From NCBI RefSeq assembly GCF_009834535.1, contig NC_045697.1, positions 36,086,001-36,150,000 of the forward strand: a stretch of 64,000 nt of DNA. The letters run 5' to 3'. Numbering within the stretch: position 1 is the first letter of the stretch; every line of letters begins with the position of its first letter. Both the position numbers and the translations under genes were made by a program. Below the pieces are notes generated by a model. That model saw nothing but the letters and a program-made list of their open reading frames with translations, was not told the DNA's origin and did not search any database. This DNA is from Camelus ferus. Lineage: Eukaryota. This document shows positions 24,761 through 37,873 of this stretch, piece by piece.

Positions 24761-27471
24761 CGACTTAAAGTGGACCAGCTGCATGACACAGATGTAAGTC
24801 GGTGCTGATCTCCCACTGCTGGTGGTGACCATCGGTTCACCCATGGAAATACCATTTTTCCAACTCCTCCTTGGATGTATGAAGTTATGACCTCGGATGA
24901 TGCACCCCCAGCATAAGCAACCAACAGGAGCACATGCTGATCCATTCTCTTTCCTGTCTTGGGGGTGGGTGGACGGGCTAGATTTAAAACAATGGGCGGG
25001 TTGGTTCTTCCTCTGTGTCTATTCCTGGGGTTGTAATGTATATGCTCTTTCTCCCACATCCTGCCTTTTATTTTCTTCTCTCTACACAGGCACTTTTAAT
25101 ACCAATTAATTAAAAGCAGGCATTTTAAGACAGGGCTTAAAAAGACTCTCTTGCATCATCAGGCTGAGATAAAATTCTGAACACAGCAGCTTGCGGAGGA
25201 GAAACACAGGACCAGCAGCCAGAAGGGGCCGACCTGGATAGGTGTTGGTGAGCATCCTTTCTCTGTGAGACCCAGGCGAGGCCACGTGCCCTCTGTGGGG
25301 CTCCACATTCTCATTGTGAGTTTCACGGGACATTAAGATACCCTCAGAACACTAGTTTACTATATACATACATGGGTTTATTTTTTATATTTAATACTTA
25401 CATGCTTATATCTTAGGAGTGGGATCTTTTCCAACATGTACATTACGAAAATCTGGGTCGGTGTTCAGAGCCGAGGAACCGGGAACAGCGCAGCACTGCT
25501 CTTTATAGGTGGACAGCTGTCAGCTCCAACAACCATCTGTGGTTCAGCTGTTTCCAAAAGTGGCCACTTTCCCTTTTGATGTCTGAGGCCCATTACTTTG
25601 ATTTCTGACTTAACTAACAGGTGTTCTCAGATTCTTTTTTTAATGAGCTGCCTTCCCTCAGGGTTCTGTGTAGACAGTTTTTCCTACAGATCTCTGAGAG
25701 GAGCAGAGAAAGAAATTTCCCCTGGTCCACTGGCTCCACTGTTGGAACTGCAGGCTGGTGTGACCACCTTGAAGCCTTGATTATTCCCATTTCCTGGAAG
25801 ATGCAAGGACACGGGGGGCCAGACCTAAGTGCTCTATGCAAACAATGGAAGGACATATCTTTTATCCTTTGATTTAGGGCCTAAAGACACTAGGCCTGTA
25901 CCACCGAAATGTCAGAATGGGCAAGATGTCTTTGAACCTTGGTGCAGAACCCAGGAGAGCAGAGGGAAGTCCACTTTCTGGGGAGAGAGTGTCCTGCTGG
26001 GCAGGGGGAGCCGGGCACTGCAGCAAGCATCTCAGATGTGTTGTGTAAAGCTGACTGTGCATCTACTCTGGGCAGAGCTGCTGGACCGATGGCCTCAACA
26101 AACACACCTGTGCACCCAACAGGACAGGGCCTGAGACAAGATGAAAATGCTGCTAGACTAAATCTGGAGACAAAAGAGGAGGTAAGTTACCCCGAGAGCG
26201 GTGCGAGTGTGGCAAGATCATAATTTGAAATATTAATGGATTTCACACATATGCACAGAAGCACATTCTTTTGACTATACAACCCCATCCTCTCATTTAT
26301 GTTCTGAGGATACTCAGGGGATTTAAAGAGGCAGAGGCAGGCTTTTAGTCCTCAAGACTAGAGAAAGGTCCCTGGGTTGGAGATGTCCTGGGGGAGAATG
26401 AGAGGACCCTGGGACACGTCTGTAGGTTTATAGGACAAAGGGTGTCTGTGCACCTCTCGAATGGAGCTTGGAAAGCAGAAGACCCAGAGTGGTAGTGGCT
26501 GTGTCATAGGTCAGAGGTGACAGGACTTTCCAGGGCCTACCCTGCCTGTGGCCCAGAGTGACCTGGTCATAGGTGAAGCTCTGAACAGACTCACAGAGCT
26601 CCCTGGGTCATTGCTCAAGGGCTGCAGAAAGCATCTCTTGGCCTAAGGGAGTTCAAAGAGATTCGGAGACAGAGTGAGCTGGGCCCAAAGAGGTTTCCAA
26701 GCAGCTGCCCATTACGGCCTTGTGGACTGACAGCGGAGACTCTGAGGAACAAGGAAGCTATTGGGGTGGGTGCCTTCAAGGACAGAGAGCACATGTAGGA
26801 CAAGTACCGGCTCCTCACAGCCTTGGGCCCCAGAACTTAGACATGGCCCTGGGGAAAACGCGGGAGGAGCCACAATTGCCAGACAGGAAATTTCCACCAC
26901 CCAGGGGAATGGGAGCACATGTACAAATTAAGAAAGCTAAAGAAAAAAACATTTTAAGGTTGCATTCTTTATATACCTAAACGTTGCTGGTACCCAGTAC
27001 CCTGGTAAAAATCAACCCATTAAAAGATGAGTCTAATTTATGACTAACCCAGTCTAAGAGGTGGATTTTTCTGTTTATTTGATTCATTGATTGATTGATT
27101 CATTTCCTCCCTCTCTTCCTCCCTGACCTACTGAATAGCCAGGTACTCTGCTGAGTACTAGCAATGCTTTTTAAAGACAAACCTCAAACAGCTGTTTCGT
27201 ACCCTCAAAATTTAGCCATTTAGCTCAGAGTGAGAGAAGCAGGGAAGGGCTGAAACGGAGATACTAACAACTAAATCTAACGCGCACCCATAAGGTCTGT
27301 GACGAAACTGCAGACCAAGTGGTCTGGGAGCACAGAGCAGAACTCGCTCATCTGAGACTGGGAAGTCATTGAAAACTGGCAACTATCTATTTAACCAGTA
27401 CCCATAGGAAGACACCTTAGGATCAGAAAGTTGTCGTCCACTCAGTTATATGGAAAATTGGGGGGATGGGC

Positions 27472-27837
27472 TGTGGCAGAGACATCATCTGCATACTGGA
27501 TATCCAGAGGGTACACCTCATTTTCCAGCCCCCCTTGCAGTTAGGAGAGGCTGTGTGACTAGATCTCACCAATAGGCTATAAGAAGAGAGACACCAAGAG
27601 CTTCTATGGACCTGTCAGCTCAGCTCCTTTCTTTCCCTACCATCATGTCTGTGGAGGTCTCTTATTCCAGGTGGTAAAGCTTCAAGATGTCTAAGCCTCC
27701 GTCAGTCTGAATCTTTGACGCCACTAACCACAATCAATAGGGAATGTGAGCAAGAAGTAAGTTCTTAATTGAATTAAGTCCCTTAACTTCTGGAGTGATT
27801 TTGTTACTGCAGTGAAACAGAGACTACCCTGACCAAT
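27472..27837 (+). mobile_element. MLT1 (ERVL-MaLR) solo LTR
   Basis: tgtggcagagac...ttccagcccccttgcagttagg...tgtgactag...tttgttactgcag...accctgaccaat. Confidence 0.75.
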
Positions 27838-29819
27838 GGTGCAAATGATGATGGATGCATTCCAACCCTGTTCAGAGGAGAAGGTGCTCTGCTCCCAGGA
27901 TTTTAAGAACGACCTCCTGAAGGAGGTGAAAGAGACAGGCAGCAGTGTGCTGGTCTGTACGTAAAGCTAGTACCTAGACGCGCATTCAGATGCCCGGCTG
28001 GCAGAGAAGCCTGCATCGATGACAAGAAGGGGCAAAAGATAAGCGGGAAGCAGGAAAAGCCACACTTTTGCTTGCTCTGTCTGTCTCTGTAATAGCTAAA
28101 AGCCACTCACTACCCCCACCCTCTCCCACCCTCTCCCCTAGACGGTCCCATGTGGGGCCCAGACAGTAACACACTGCAGTCAGAGTCTCTCTAGGGGACA
28201 ATCTAAGGGTGGTTGCTCTTCCCTCTGCAGCCCTCTGAAGTCTACTGAAAGCAAGTGAAGAGCTTAAGAGCTGGCATCTTTGAAAGAATAACAACTCCTT
28301 GGAGGGAAACAAAGCAAATAAACTAAAGGAGGTCAGTTTAATTTCACTCTGGACTAAAATTTCTCTCCCTCTCCCCTTATACTAAACATAGACTTACAAA
28401 TATTTCCATTACTCCTGCAACAGTCAATTTTAAAATATCATTTGAAATAAATGGTAACCACACATGGGCAACCTCTAGGTGAAATGAGCAGCAGGAAGCT
28501 GCCGCCCAGATCGCCAAAGGGATTTTTCTTTCCTGCTCTGGAACGCGTGATGGAGCGTGGAACAGGAAGCTCTACTGCTTTACAGTCTCCTGGTGATAAG
28601 GGGGCACATGTTGAAAACAGGTCCATTAGAAAAATGCTAATCCCTTCATTCCCCCAAAAGTTACTTAAATTTCCCCCCGCTTTTTCCCAGATAAAAATAG
28701 AAATCTTCACGTGACCTAGCTAATCCCTGGGAAAGTCACCAAATACCAGGGAACGGATGATAAAATGACAAATGGTATCTTGAGATTTAGGAAGAATATT
28801 ATTTTAGTAGCCATAGAATAGCAGAAAAGTGTTAACAACTTTATAACGTCCCATAGGACTAGCAACTTTCTGGGCTGGTTAGGTTGAACATAAAGACCAA
28901 CTGGAAAAGTAACACCATCACAGATAACAGTAACAGCCACAGCAACAGCTACAGCATCTGAGCACCTGCCAAGCGCTAGGCCCCGAGCTCCCCCAGCGCC
29001 TTCTCCAGTCCTCACGAAGAGCCCTCAAAGGAGTTACTACATTATTACTGTCCCCACATGGCAAATGAAAACTCTAAAAGCAGGCATCTCACTACATTAG
29101 TTTACAAGGATGGAGTGGTGAAGAATGTGCATCCTCGGTTTGTTTTACACCCTGTAGACCTGGTGTCAGTTTATGCCAATGACTGTGACTTGGACTATCC
29201 CAGCACAGCCAGCCTCGAGTAGAACACAAAGGAAGGAAGGAGACCTCTAGTGTCCTCTACTAACGTAAAGAAGTTCACAGACGGTGAATCCTGCCTGGTA
29301 TAAATACCTCCAATCTAAAAACAAAAAAACCCCAGAAGCTCCAGGAGGGTAGATCGCCTCACCAAAGTCGCGCAGCCCTAAGCGTGGAGCGGGGTCAGGT
29401 GTGTCTTCCCCATACCCAGCAAGGAGAGCCTCACGCGGAGGACGGCCAATGCCTGCCAGAAGTGGGGGTCACATGTGTGACCTGGCCAAGTCCTTTCGAC
29501 TGTGAGAGTGCCAGCTTCCTCGTCTGGGAGACAGGGATTGAGGGATGAACGAGAAGATGAAGGTGAGCGGCTCTGGAAGGGCTCAGGTGCTGCACACAGG
29601 TGAGGAGATGAAAGAGGGGGGAGGGTGGTGGTAACATGTCGGATAAAAATAAGATCCTCAAGTAGGGAATTACTAATGGATTTATATTAGAGTTTATCAA
29701 GAAAAACGACTTCATCCAAGCCAGTAAGAACTGAGAAGGCTGGGCAGGAGTATTTGATGAATAAGAACAGTGGCCCCAAGAGCACTAGTGACTACTCAGT
29801 TGTTTGGGCAAACGTTTTG

Positions 29820-30040
29820 TAGTGTAGTGGTTAAGACTGCTGATCCCGATCCAGGCTCTCTGGGTTCAAATCCCAGTTCTGCCACCTCCTGGCTGTGTAA
29901 CTCCCTTCCGTCTCTGTGCTTCTGTCCCCTCATTGCAGAGGAGAACACTCCAAGTACCTGTGTCGTGGGGCTGGTGTGAGGATTATGAGCAAGAACGCAG
30001 GAGCAGCGCCGGGCACAGGGCGCCACTGTCTAAGCACGAG
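29820..30040 (+). mobile_element. MIR SINE
   Basis: agtgtagtggttaagactgc...ctgggttcaaatcccagttctgccacctcctggctgtgtaac. Confidence 0.85.
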
Positions 30041-30188
30041 CTGTCCTCACACTCCTTCTCGGTTCTGGACAGTAACCAGTGTTCTGTCCTCATCAGGCTA
30101 CACTCAGTGGCAGGTCCTCGGGGCACGTGGCTCAGGCTCCATTCCCCTGGAGACTTAACGGTTGTAACCTAAATTTGAAAAAATTCAC

Positions 30189-30262
30189 TTGAACCATATG
30201 AAATGGCTGTTTTGGTAGGTCCAATATGGGGGAAAATCAGCAATTTCATGTTCTTCAACCTC
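30189..30262 (-). mobile_element. MADE2-like mariner MITE
   Basis: Imperfect terminal inverted repeats ttgaaccatatgaaat...atttcatgttcttcaacct, about 75 bp. Confidence 0.7.
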
Positions 30263-31069
30263 ATACACATGGGGGAACAGATCCAAAGCTTGGAAATGCA
30301 AGGGGAAAAAAAAAAGGGAACAGGCAGTCTAGCAAAAATCAGAAAGGGAGAGTCTGATGAAATGTAAATAAAATAACCGAGGCTTACACAGCTGCATCAG
30401 TATCAAAGAAATGCATAAATTAAGTCCAGGATCTAATCATGTCTTTTAAGCACAAACATTAGCTCAAGGGGCTGGTGGGTCTACAGATGTACATGTCTAA
30501 GAAATAAGAAGAGGAGGCGGTTTTTTTAGGGCCATAAAAGAGACTCGGGAGGGAACCAGGGAGCCTGCGCCTATCTGCACGGCCGCACACCCGTCTTTCA
30601 ACTGCTGCTTTTCTTCCTCGATCCTTTTGATGCACAAAAGAGAATCTCAACCCACCCTCTTCACCCACCCCTCCTGCTCCTGACGTCAAGCCTTCTCCCA
30701 CGCTGTATCCTCTTCTCCAAACGGCCTTACTCCATCTGTCGGTGACCTTCCTCCCACCCTTCAAGGTTCACCTTCCATCCCCTCTCTCCCACAGAGGCAG
30801 TCTGTTTGGGAGGAAGCAGGGAGCAGATAGGTGGCCAGGCTTTCCAACCCCAGCTGGCAGCTGGTGTTCAAGGATTCTCCCTTTGTACTTGTATTGAACA
30901 GAAGGGCTTAGGGCCACGGGTTTTAGCATAGCAAGAGGTAATGCCAGCATCTTTCTCTTCCTATACTGTGTTGGTCTACTTTCTGCTAAATTTGCCAAGT
31001 CCTATTGCCCAGAAGCAAAACATATGGCCATAAGAAATCAGATCCCATAGGCTCTGTGTGAAACAACTA

Positions 31070-31330
31070 TTGTTATTGTTGCTAATATTTATTAAATGAT
31101 TGCTAGTGGACAGAACCTAGCTAAGCCCTCTGTCTTTTAGAATATTCACCGCTCACAGTGGTCCTACAAAACAGATGCTGTGATTGTCCCACTTTTCACA
31201 TGTGGGCACAGAGCCGTGGAAGGGTTAAGTGATTGACGTAAGGGGCCACCACTGGTGGGTGACAAAGCTAAGAGTCCAACCAGACAGTCAGACTCCACAG
31301 CCCTTGTTCTTAGCTTTACTCTAAATACCA
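31070..31330 (-). mobile_element. MIR SINE
   Basis: gctaatatttatt...gattgtcccactttt...agggttaagtgattg...gtcagactccacagccc. Confidence 0.65.
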
Positions 31331-34139
31331 CTGAGAATCGGTCTCATTTTGTCATAACCTTGTAGGACATTCATCAAACGATTCTGGTAGCAGATTCTGC
31401 CTCAGGATTGGGAACAGAAAACAACACATTTACTTACATACACAGAAGGAGAAAAACATATGCTTTTCCGGGATGGTACTGCAGGACAAAGGCAGTGGTC
31501 AGCCATGATGATTTGGGAATGAGAAAAACAGCCCTTAACTGACCTGAAATAGAATGCTGTATTCAAGGAAAGGCAGCTATTTGGCCACGGGTACACTTCC
31601 CAAGGACAGAAGATGGTTGACTGTGTTAAGCTAGGGTCACACAACAGGTTGAGACACCTACTGCTGTGGCCAGCGACACTGTGGGGACTTCAGATTTGTT
31701 AGTAAAGTGAAGGCTAGGGGGGGGTTCCAATCTTCCTCCTGGCTTCAGAGTCTCTGAAGTATCACATGAGGGTCCTTGTGTTAATTTCTCCACGGCCAGA
31801 GCCCTACGTTTGGAAGAAGCCCACCTTTAGGAGCTCAAAGCACTGTCATCCCTGGAAACCGCAGCTGTCTCCAACAGCACGTCAGAATCGTCTGTCACTC
31901 TTGGAAGGAAAACCTTCCCCTTGGAGACCGGAAGGGGAAATGCTGCCGAGAGGCCAGAGGAGAGTGGAGTGACTGCCTAACCGAAGTCAAGGTGACTGCA
32001 TAAACTAGGACTACTGATCACAAGACAGAAATCCAACTTAAATCATCTAAAGGCAAAGAGAGGAATTTTGCCACAGAGCAGGCAAAGCCACAGATGGCCA
32101 CCAAAGGATCTGGTAGTCTTGGGCCCTCAGGCCTCTGCAGTACTGCGGAGAGCTGCCTCAGGGTGACCAAGGCGAAGTGACAAAGGGGACAGAATCACTA
32201 AAATCCTAGCAAAATTGGATTGTAGGCCAGAAAGAAATACTTCTTCATAACTCAAGACTTTGATGTTTTGGGGGACCAGTCACATAAGGGAAGAGGGCAA
32301 GTGGGTTAGAGACACTCCACAATTCCAGAAACCACTCTGAGCTTCAAATGCAAATGTTGCCTTTCCAGGGGAGCAGGATGCGACCATAATATGCCAGGAG
32401 GGTTGGGACATGTGAGGTACCCAGTCTGGGCTCAGCGCCTCCACCTGGGCGATGCAGAGGCCGCTCTGACAGCCAGCCCAGGAAGCACGCACCTAGGTCT
32501 GCGTGTGCTGGGTGTGTGAGTCTGGCGACATCAAAAACCCCGGTCCAGCGCAAAAACATCAGATGAACACGAGAGCTGCCACATCTGGACAACTGTCACC
32601 ATCTGCCACTCGGAGAGGAACACTGAAAGAATCAACAGCATCTGAGCGGTATGGGGTCTGAGTTTAAAAAAGAAGTGTTGGCAGTGGCTGCCAGCTCTGT
32701 GTTGCTGCGAATAGCAGCGGTCTTCCTGACATGGCAGTTTATGGGCTCACACAAATCCCGGCTGACCCCTCACAAAGGCCGAGGTCCACATACCAAGCGG
32801 CTCCAATGGCCATCGCTCACCGAGCATGTTTACCAGCCTTTGTTCCCTTCTCTTCCGCAGCCTCACAATGGCAGGCGCGCACCAGGTGCCCCGACCAGAG
32901 AGAAAGGGAGGAGACGGGCTCGTGGGGATCTCAGTAAAAGCATTCTCCTCGTGCCTGACTCCTTTGACCCGTTCCTCATTTGATTTTGTCCCCAGAGACG
33001 AGACTTCCGCCTGCAGCTCTGACTGAAACCCCAAACCTAGCAGAGAGGCATGTGCTCACATCAGACCGAGGGGATGCTTCTATTTTCATCAGTTAATATA
33101 AATCGAAGTTAACCAGTCCAAGCAGGATTCAGTTAGGGCTGGTTTTGGTTTTGTTTTGTTTTTTTTCATTAACTGGAGGGTCGCTGCTGTTTTTAAGAGA
33201 GGATCATTAAACAGACAGAGGGCCTCCTTGTGGAGTCAAACAGTAAATGTGATTGTTACGATCCCCGTTGCCATCTCTAGGCAACTTCTCGGAACATAAG
33301 TTCTTTGTACGAGAAATAAAGTCAGACACAAAGGAAAAAAGGTTCATTTTCTCCTACTGCATCAGAAGTGTTCCTTTAGACCAAAAGGGGCTGTTTTGCT
33401 CCCCAAGGTGGGAAGGGGAAACAATGACACTCTGAGTGCAGTGAGGAAATATGCCGCTGCATAGACACTTGATCCTGGTCTGTGTTACAAGGTTATGAAC
33501 TTGTACCCACATATTAAATCTGCCTGGGCTGCGAGGCCCTCTGGTTGATACTATGAGGAAGGTACAATGAGTTTATTTCTTCTGTTCAGGAAGGGAATTA
33601 ACTGGGGTCTTATCCCAGCTCTGTCTCAAACGAGGTACTTTTCTCACTTATTGACTGAGGAAGGGAGGGTGTTGGACAAGGGGTTTGCTGCGGGGCCTTT
33701 CAGTACTAACCTTCTATAACATGGTGACTTTTTTAAAGTGCTTGAGAAGTTCTCATTACTGATGTGTCTTAGCATGTCGCCCCCACCCCAGCAACTGCCT
33801 TCTGTCTGCTTGCCATCTGATCCAACATCTCCATGTCTACCACAGGCTGCCTTGCTCACAGCCGCCACAGGATGAAAGAAAAGCTCCCATCTGGGCAGCC
33901 TCAATTTGGGGACCGTTGAGTCCTCTGTCAGTCACCCACTTGCAGAACTGCAGGAGGAAACTTTGTGGCCAGAGCTGAGGAAGGGGGTTTCTGTGCAGCT
34001 CTGGAGAACCTGTCTTCCTCCCTAGGGACTCCTTGCCAGGCCACCCCATATGGCCCTAGTACTGATCTTTTGGCAAGCTATACCGGTACATAGAGTTCAA
34101 GCAGGGAAATAATTTACCATAAATACTAACACTAAGCTG

Positions 34140-34310
34140 ATAATAATACTTAAGCATCAACCTGAACTTAGTCTGTATTAGGCATGATGCACAGTGCTTT
34201 CCATGTACTGTCATTTGTCATCCTCCCAATGACCTTTGGAAATAGAGAATACTATTACTCCTGCTTTACTGAGTAAGGAACTGAGGCTCACCGAGAGAAA
34301 GTCTACAACG
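34140..34310 (-). mobile_element. MIR SINE
   Basis: tcatcctcccaatgacc...actattactcctgctttactgagtaaggaactgaggctcaccgagag. Confidence 0.7.
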
Positions 34311-34390
34311 GCAGCGTGATGCCCAGCAGGTCACTTCATAACTACTGGCTGAAGTTTCTTCACGCCTTAAAGTAGGAGGTTGGCCTGAGG

Positions 34391-34576
34391 CAGTATTTCC
34401 CAAAGTGTGGTGCATAGACCATGCTCCCCAGTCACCAGGGGTGCTTGTTGAAATGCAGACTCCTGGCTCCACCCCTGATCTCCAAGATCAGAATCCCTGG
34501 GGGAAGGCCCAGGAATCTATCTGTTTGACAAGAACCCCAGGTGATTCTTAAGCATATTAAAGTCTGAGAACCCCAG
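34391..34576. mobile_element. MER5A/B (hAT-Charlie) DNA transposon
   Basis: cagtatttcccaaagtgtgg...cttgttgaaatgcagactcctggctccacccc...ccccaggtgattctta...aaagtctgagaacc. Confidence 0.85.
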
Positions 34577-35809
34577 GTAGATGATTCCTAAATCTCATGC
34601 ACTGTGATGGCCTGTGGTTTTCTTTTGTTAGAGACTCTTCAAGAATGCAAGCTTTTCTCTTCCATTGGACCCAAAGTTAACCCCTAGATATCCTGCACAT
34701 CTTCTTTAGATCAGCTTTATACAACACAAGATCTTGTTTCCTATAAGACACAGGCAAATTCTTTATTCTCTAAAATATTTAAACCATACGAAACAAATTC
34801 CTCTCATTTAGAAGGAATGCAAAAACAAGATGACATGACCTTAGCCAAAAGAATTTTCTTAAAGTTACTTTACAAGCAGAGTCAACAAACACATGGAACT
34901 AGTTACTGAGAAAAGAGTCACTGGATCAGAGTACACTGACAATGAGAGAGAGTGAGAGAGGGAGAGATTTCTAAATCAAAACACACTTATGTACACACAC
35001 ACACACACACTCAGATCATATACATAAAAGAAAACAGGTAAAATCAGGCTATAAGTGAAGCTGTGAGAGCAAGAGGCCCTGTTTTCACTGAGAGCGAGTA
35101 GCTCTTGTCCCCACTGGCCCACGGTCTAGACTTTTCCTCTTAATTTACATCTTCATTTCTCCCGAAAGTGCCCCTCTTATGTTTTGTCTTCATTCTTTCC
35201 TCTGATTTGCCTTTTGGCTTATTTATTTTTATCCTTTCCTGCTGAAACTGAGGTCACAGTGACAAAACAGCCTGCACTCAGTGCACCTTGTAATTTCACC
35301 ATCTTCCTGCCCAGCATGGAAGGAAGCAAAATCCCCTCAGCGGAGGCCTCAACCCTGGCTACCAACATGGCCAAATGCCTGCATCAATCATTCGGCCACC
35401 AGGCTCAGGGGCTGCCTGCTGCTACGTTTCCATGGAGACACACATCTGCTTTTTCCATGCACCTCATCCCTCTTTCTGACAACACACACACACACACACA
35501 CATGCACAGTAATATTAGCAAATGTCACCATCACAACCAAAATTTATTATGCATCAGTTGTGCACAGCACAGTCAGAGGTGCAATGAGGAAAACCAAGAA
35601 GTAAAGATGCATAAGATGTGGTCTCCCTGTTCAAGTACCTTAGCACCTAGTTATAGAGACTTGGGGTGCTCCAGAAAGCAAGTATGGTAGGAGTTCAGGG
35701 GTCACAGTGAGTAGGCTGGTTACAAAACAGCCTCCTGGGGGAAGTGGGACCTGGGTTGGGCCTTGGAGATGCTGAGAAGAGCTGGCAGAGTATTTGGGGT
35801 AGAGGGGAT

Positions 35810-36285
35810 GACTGCAGTCGCCATTCCCACCTCTTTTGATAACAGTGCCCTGATTTTCCTCAGATTAACCTTAGCTCTGTGATTCAGGTGGGCCTGAATC
35901 TGACCTTGCTCACCAAAGCACCCTCTCCACCTGGCCACTGTGAGGGTTCAGAATGGATCCATGACGCGGGCCAGTCCAGTGAGACTCGATCCTGAGACTT
36001 TTGCAGGAAGCATGGGTGAAGAGAAGCTCTCCTCTCTCTGTGGTTGTTTGCTTGGAGGGTATAATCCAGGAGCTGCTGGTGGCGATTTTACTACTACCTG
36101 GAATGGGGTGACCTAAGACTGAAATCAACACAGAGGGAGGCAGAACCAAGACAGAAGTGGACACCTGAGGACAGAGACTGAGGAAACGAGCTCTTTCCCT
36201 GTTCCCTTTACCTAATGTGAGCTGGTTTTGTTTTTGTTTTTTAAAGCTCATTTGGCTGACTAGCTTTTGTAACTTGCAAGTGTAA
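35810..36285 (+). mobile_element. MLT1K-like (ERVL-MaLR) LTR
   Basis: gataacagtgccctgattttc...ccagtccagtgagactcgatcctgagacttttgc...ggagctgctggtggcgatttt...ttgtaacttgcaa. Confidence 0.72.
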
Positions 36286-36299
36286 ATGTATAAGGGTGT

Positions 36300-36945
36300 T
36301 CACGGAAGAGTGGGCAGAACAGCCTCACTGGTTGATGTTGGTGAAAGGACAGCTCGAAAGATAAACTGGGGCCAGACTTTGCAGGAGATGGGAGAGGAGG
36401 CATGAACGCAGAGCTAGGGAATAAGAACTTTATGTCCTATAGGCAGGAGAGGCCATGATGATGTCTGAGAAAGGGAATACTGATGATACAGGAAATGTGT
36501 TAGTAAGGGGTCAGGCACGGGATAGGAGGTAGAAGATGAATTCTTTGGTTTCTTCCAGCCTTGAGACTGTGTGTGGATGGTAGTAGCTGGTGAGAGTCTG
36601 CATCATGGCTTAGAGGGGTTAAGGCTGGAATCTGGGACATTCATAGGCAGTGACTGACAGGCTGGAGGCGATACTGCAGTGGTGGTGGTGGGAATGAGGA
36701 AGGGAGGCTTAGAATGACATTGTGAAAGCACTAGTCACCTTAGTGACTAGCTGTGGAAGGCAGAGAAGAGAAAGTAAAGAGAAAGTGAGTGATATTGAGT
36801 GTCTGCACCTCTGAGTTGGGAGGACGGTGGTCCCACTGATTGAAAGTAGAGGTGAAGCTGGTTTGAGGTGGGGGGGAATTCTCCCTTCTGAGACTTAAGG
36901 GACAGCATTGGAAGGAGTGGGACTGGAGCTCAAAGGGGACCATGG
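36300..36945 (-). mobile_element. L2 fragment, probably continuing an L2 piece at about 35540-35800 split by the MLT1
   Basis: ggggccagactttgcagg...gctagggaataagaactttatgtcctataggcagg...ggactggagctcaaaggg. Confidence 0.6.
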
Positions 36946-37820
36946 TAGTCTCTTAACCTCTGTATAGGGTTGGATAAGATGGCCTTTGAGGTCATGGCCA
37001 AATCTATAGCTCCCTGATTCCCAGAGGGAGGTCAGGGTTGCAAATGCATATTTGATAGTGAGGGAAACTCATAGTTCTTAGTGACTGCAGAGGGTCTGTA
37101 GCATAAACTCCAATTTAAAGCAGGAATCTCCTTTCCAGAAATTATGACAGATGGCCGGTCAATTTGAACACTTAATTCCTCGCACCTTATAAACTCTTAG
37201 GCCATCAACTTTGTCACCAGGTAGCTTTAACGGAAACGGACTTCCCTGTAAATTCAATCTCTGGGTTGTAGTATTTTCTCTCCATGGCAACACAGTTACT
37301 AAGAGCATTGCTAGGCTGGAGAGCGGGAAGGCAGAGATAATTTCCCCTGGCCACACTCTTAAAAAGTGGCTGTCCTCTCACCTACTTGTTAAGCAATATG
37401 TTAAAAAGCCAGTTGTATTCAAACTATGATATAAACAGTTTAGGGGAAACAGCATAAGCTTGAGCAAGAAAGTAGACGGAAGTTGTACATTCTTGCCCCC
37501 TCCTCCCTCTCCTTTAATCAGTGATGGGAAACGGTCTCATCCCCAGGCTGGCTTCCCAGATGATGGAATTTGGCTGTCTCTGAAATGAAGTCTAATCTCT
37601 TTTACCCAGAACAGCCTATCCAATATTTTATATTATCATGGTTATTGTGAATCTTTCTTTTCCAAATTAATTATCTCCACAGATGACATAGCTAAAATTC
37701 TGAGCCTGGATGAGATCCCAAAAGGAGAGAGACTAGGAGAGGGGCCAAGGCCTTAAATTCACATAAAAGTGACTTGTTTATATGTAAGCCCGTTGATTTC
37801 TTGCTTTCTCCTCCCCCAGC

Positions 37821-37824
<4 letters not shown>

Positions 37825-37872
<48 letters not shown>
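37825..37872. repeat. Perfect (CA)24 microsatellite
   Basis: 48 bp of uninterrupted CA. Confidence 0.97.

Positions 37873-37873
<1 letters not shown>

Noticed and set aside
6240..30688. Three full CRE sites (6240, 19876, 30681) as a regulatory system
   Set aside because: Widely scattered 8-mers with no clustering; close to chance expectation
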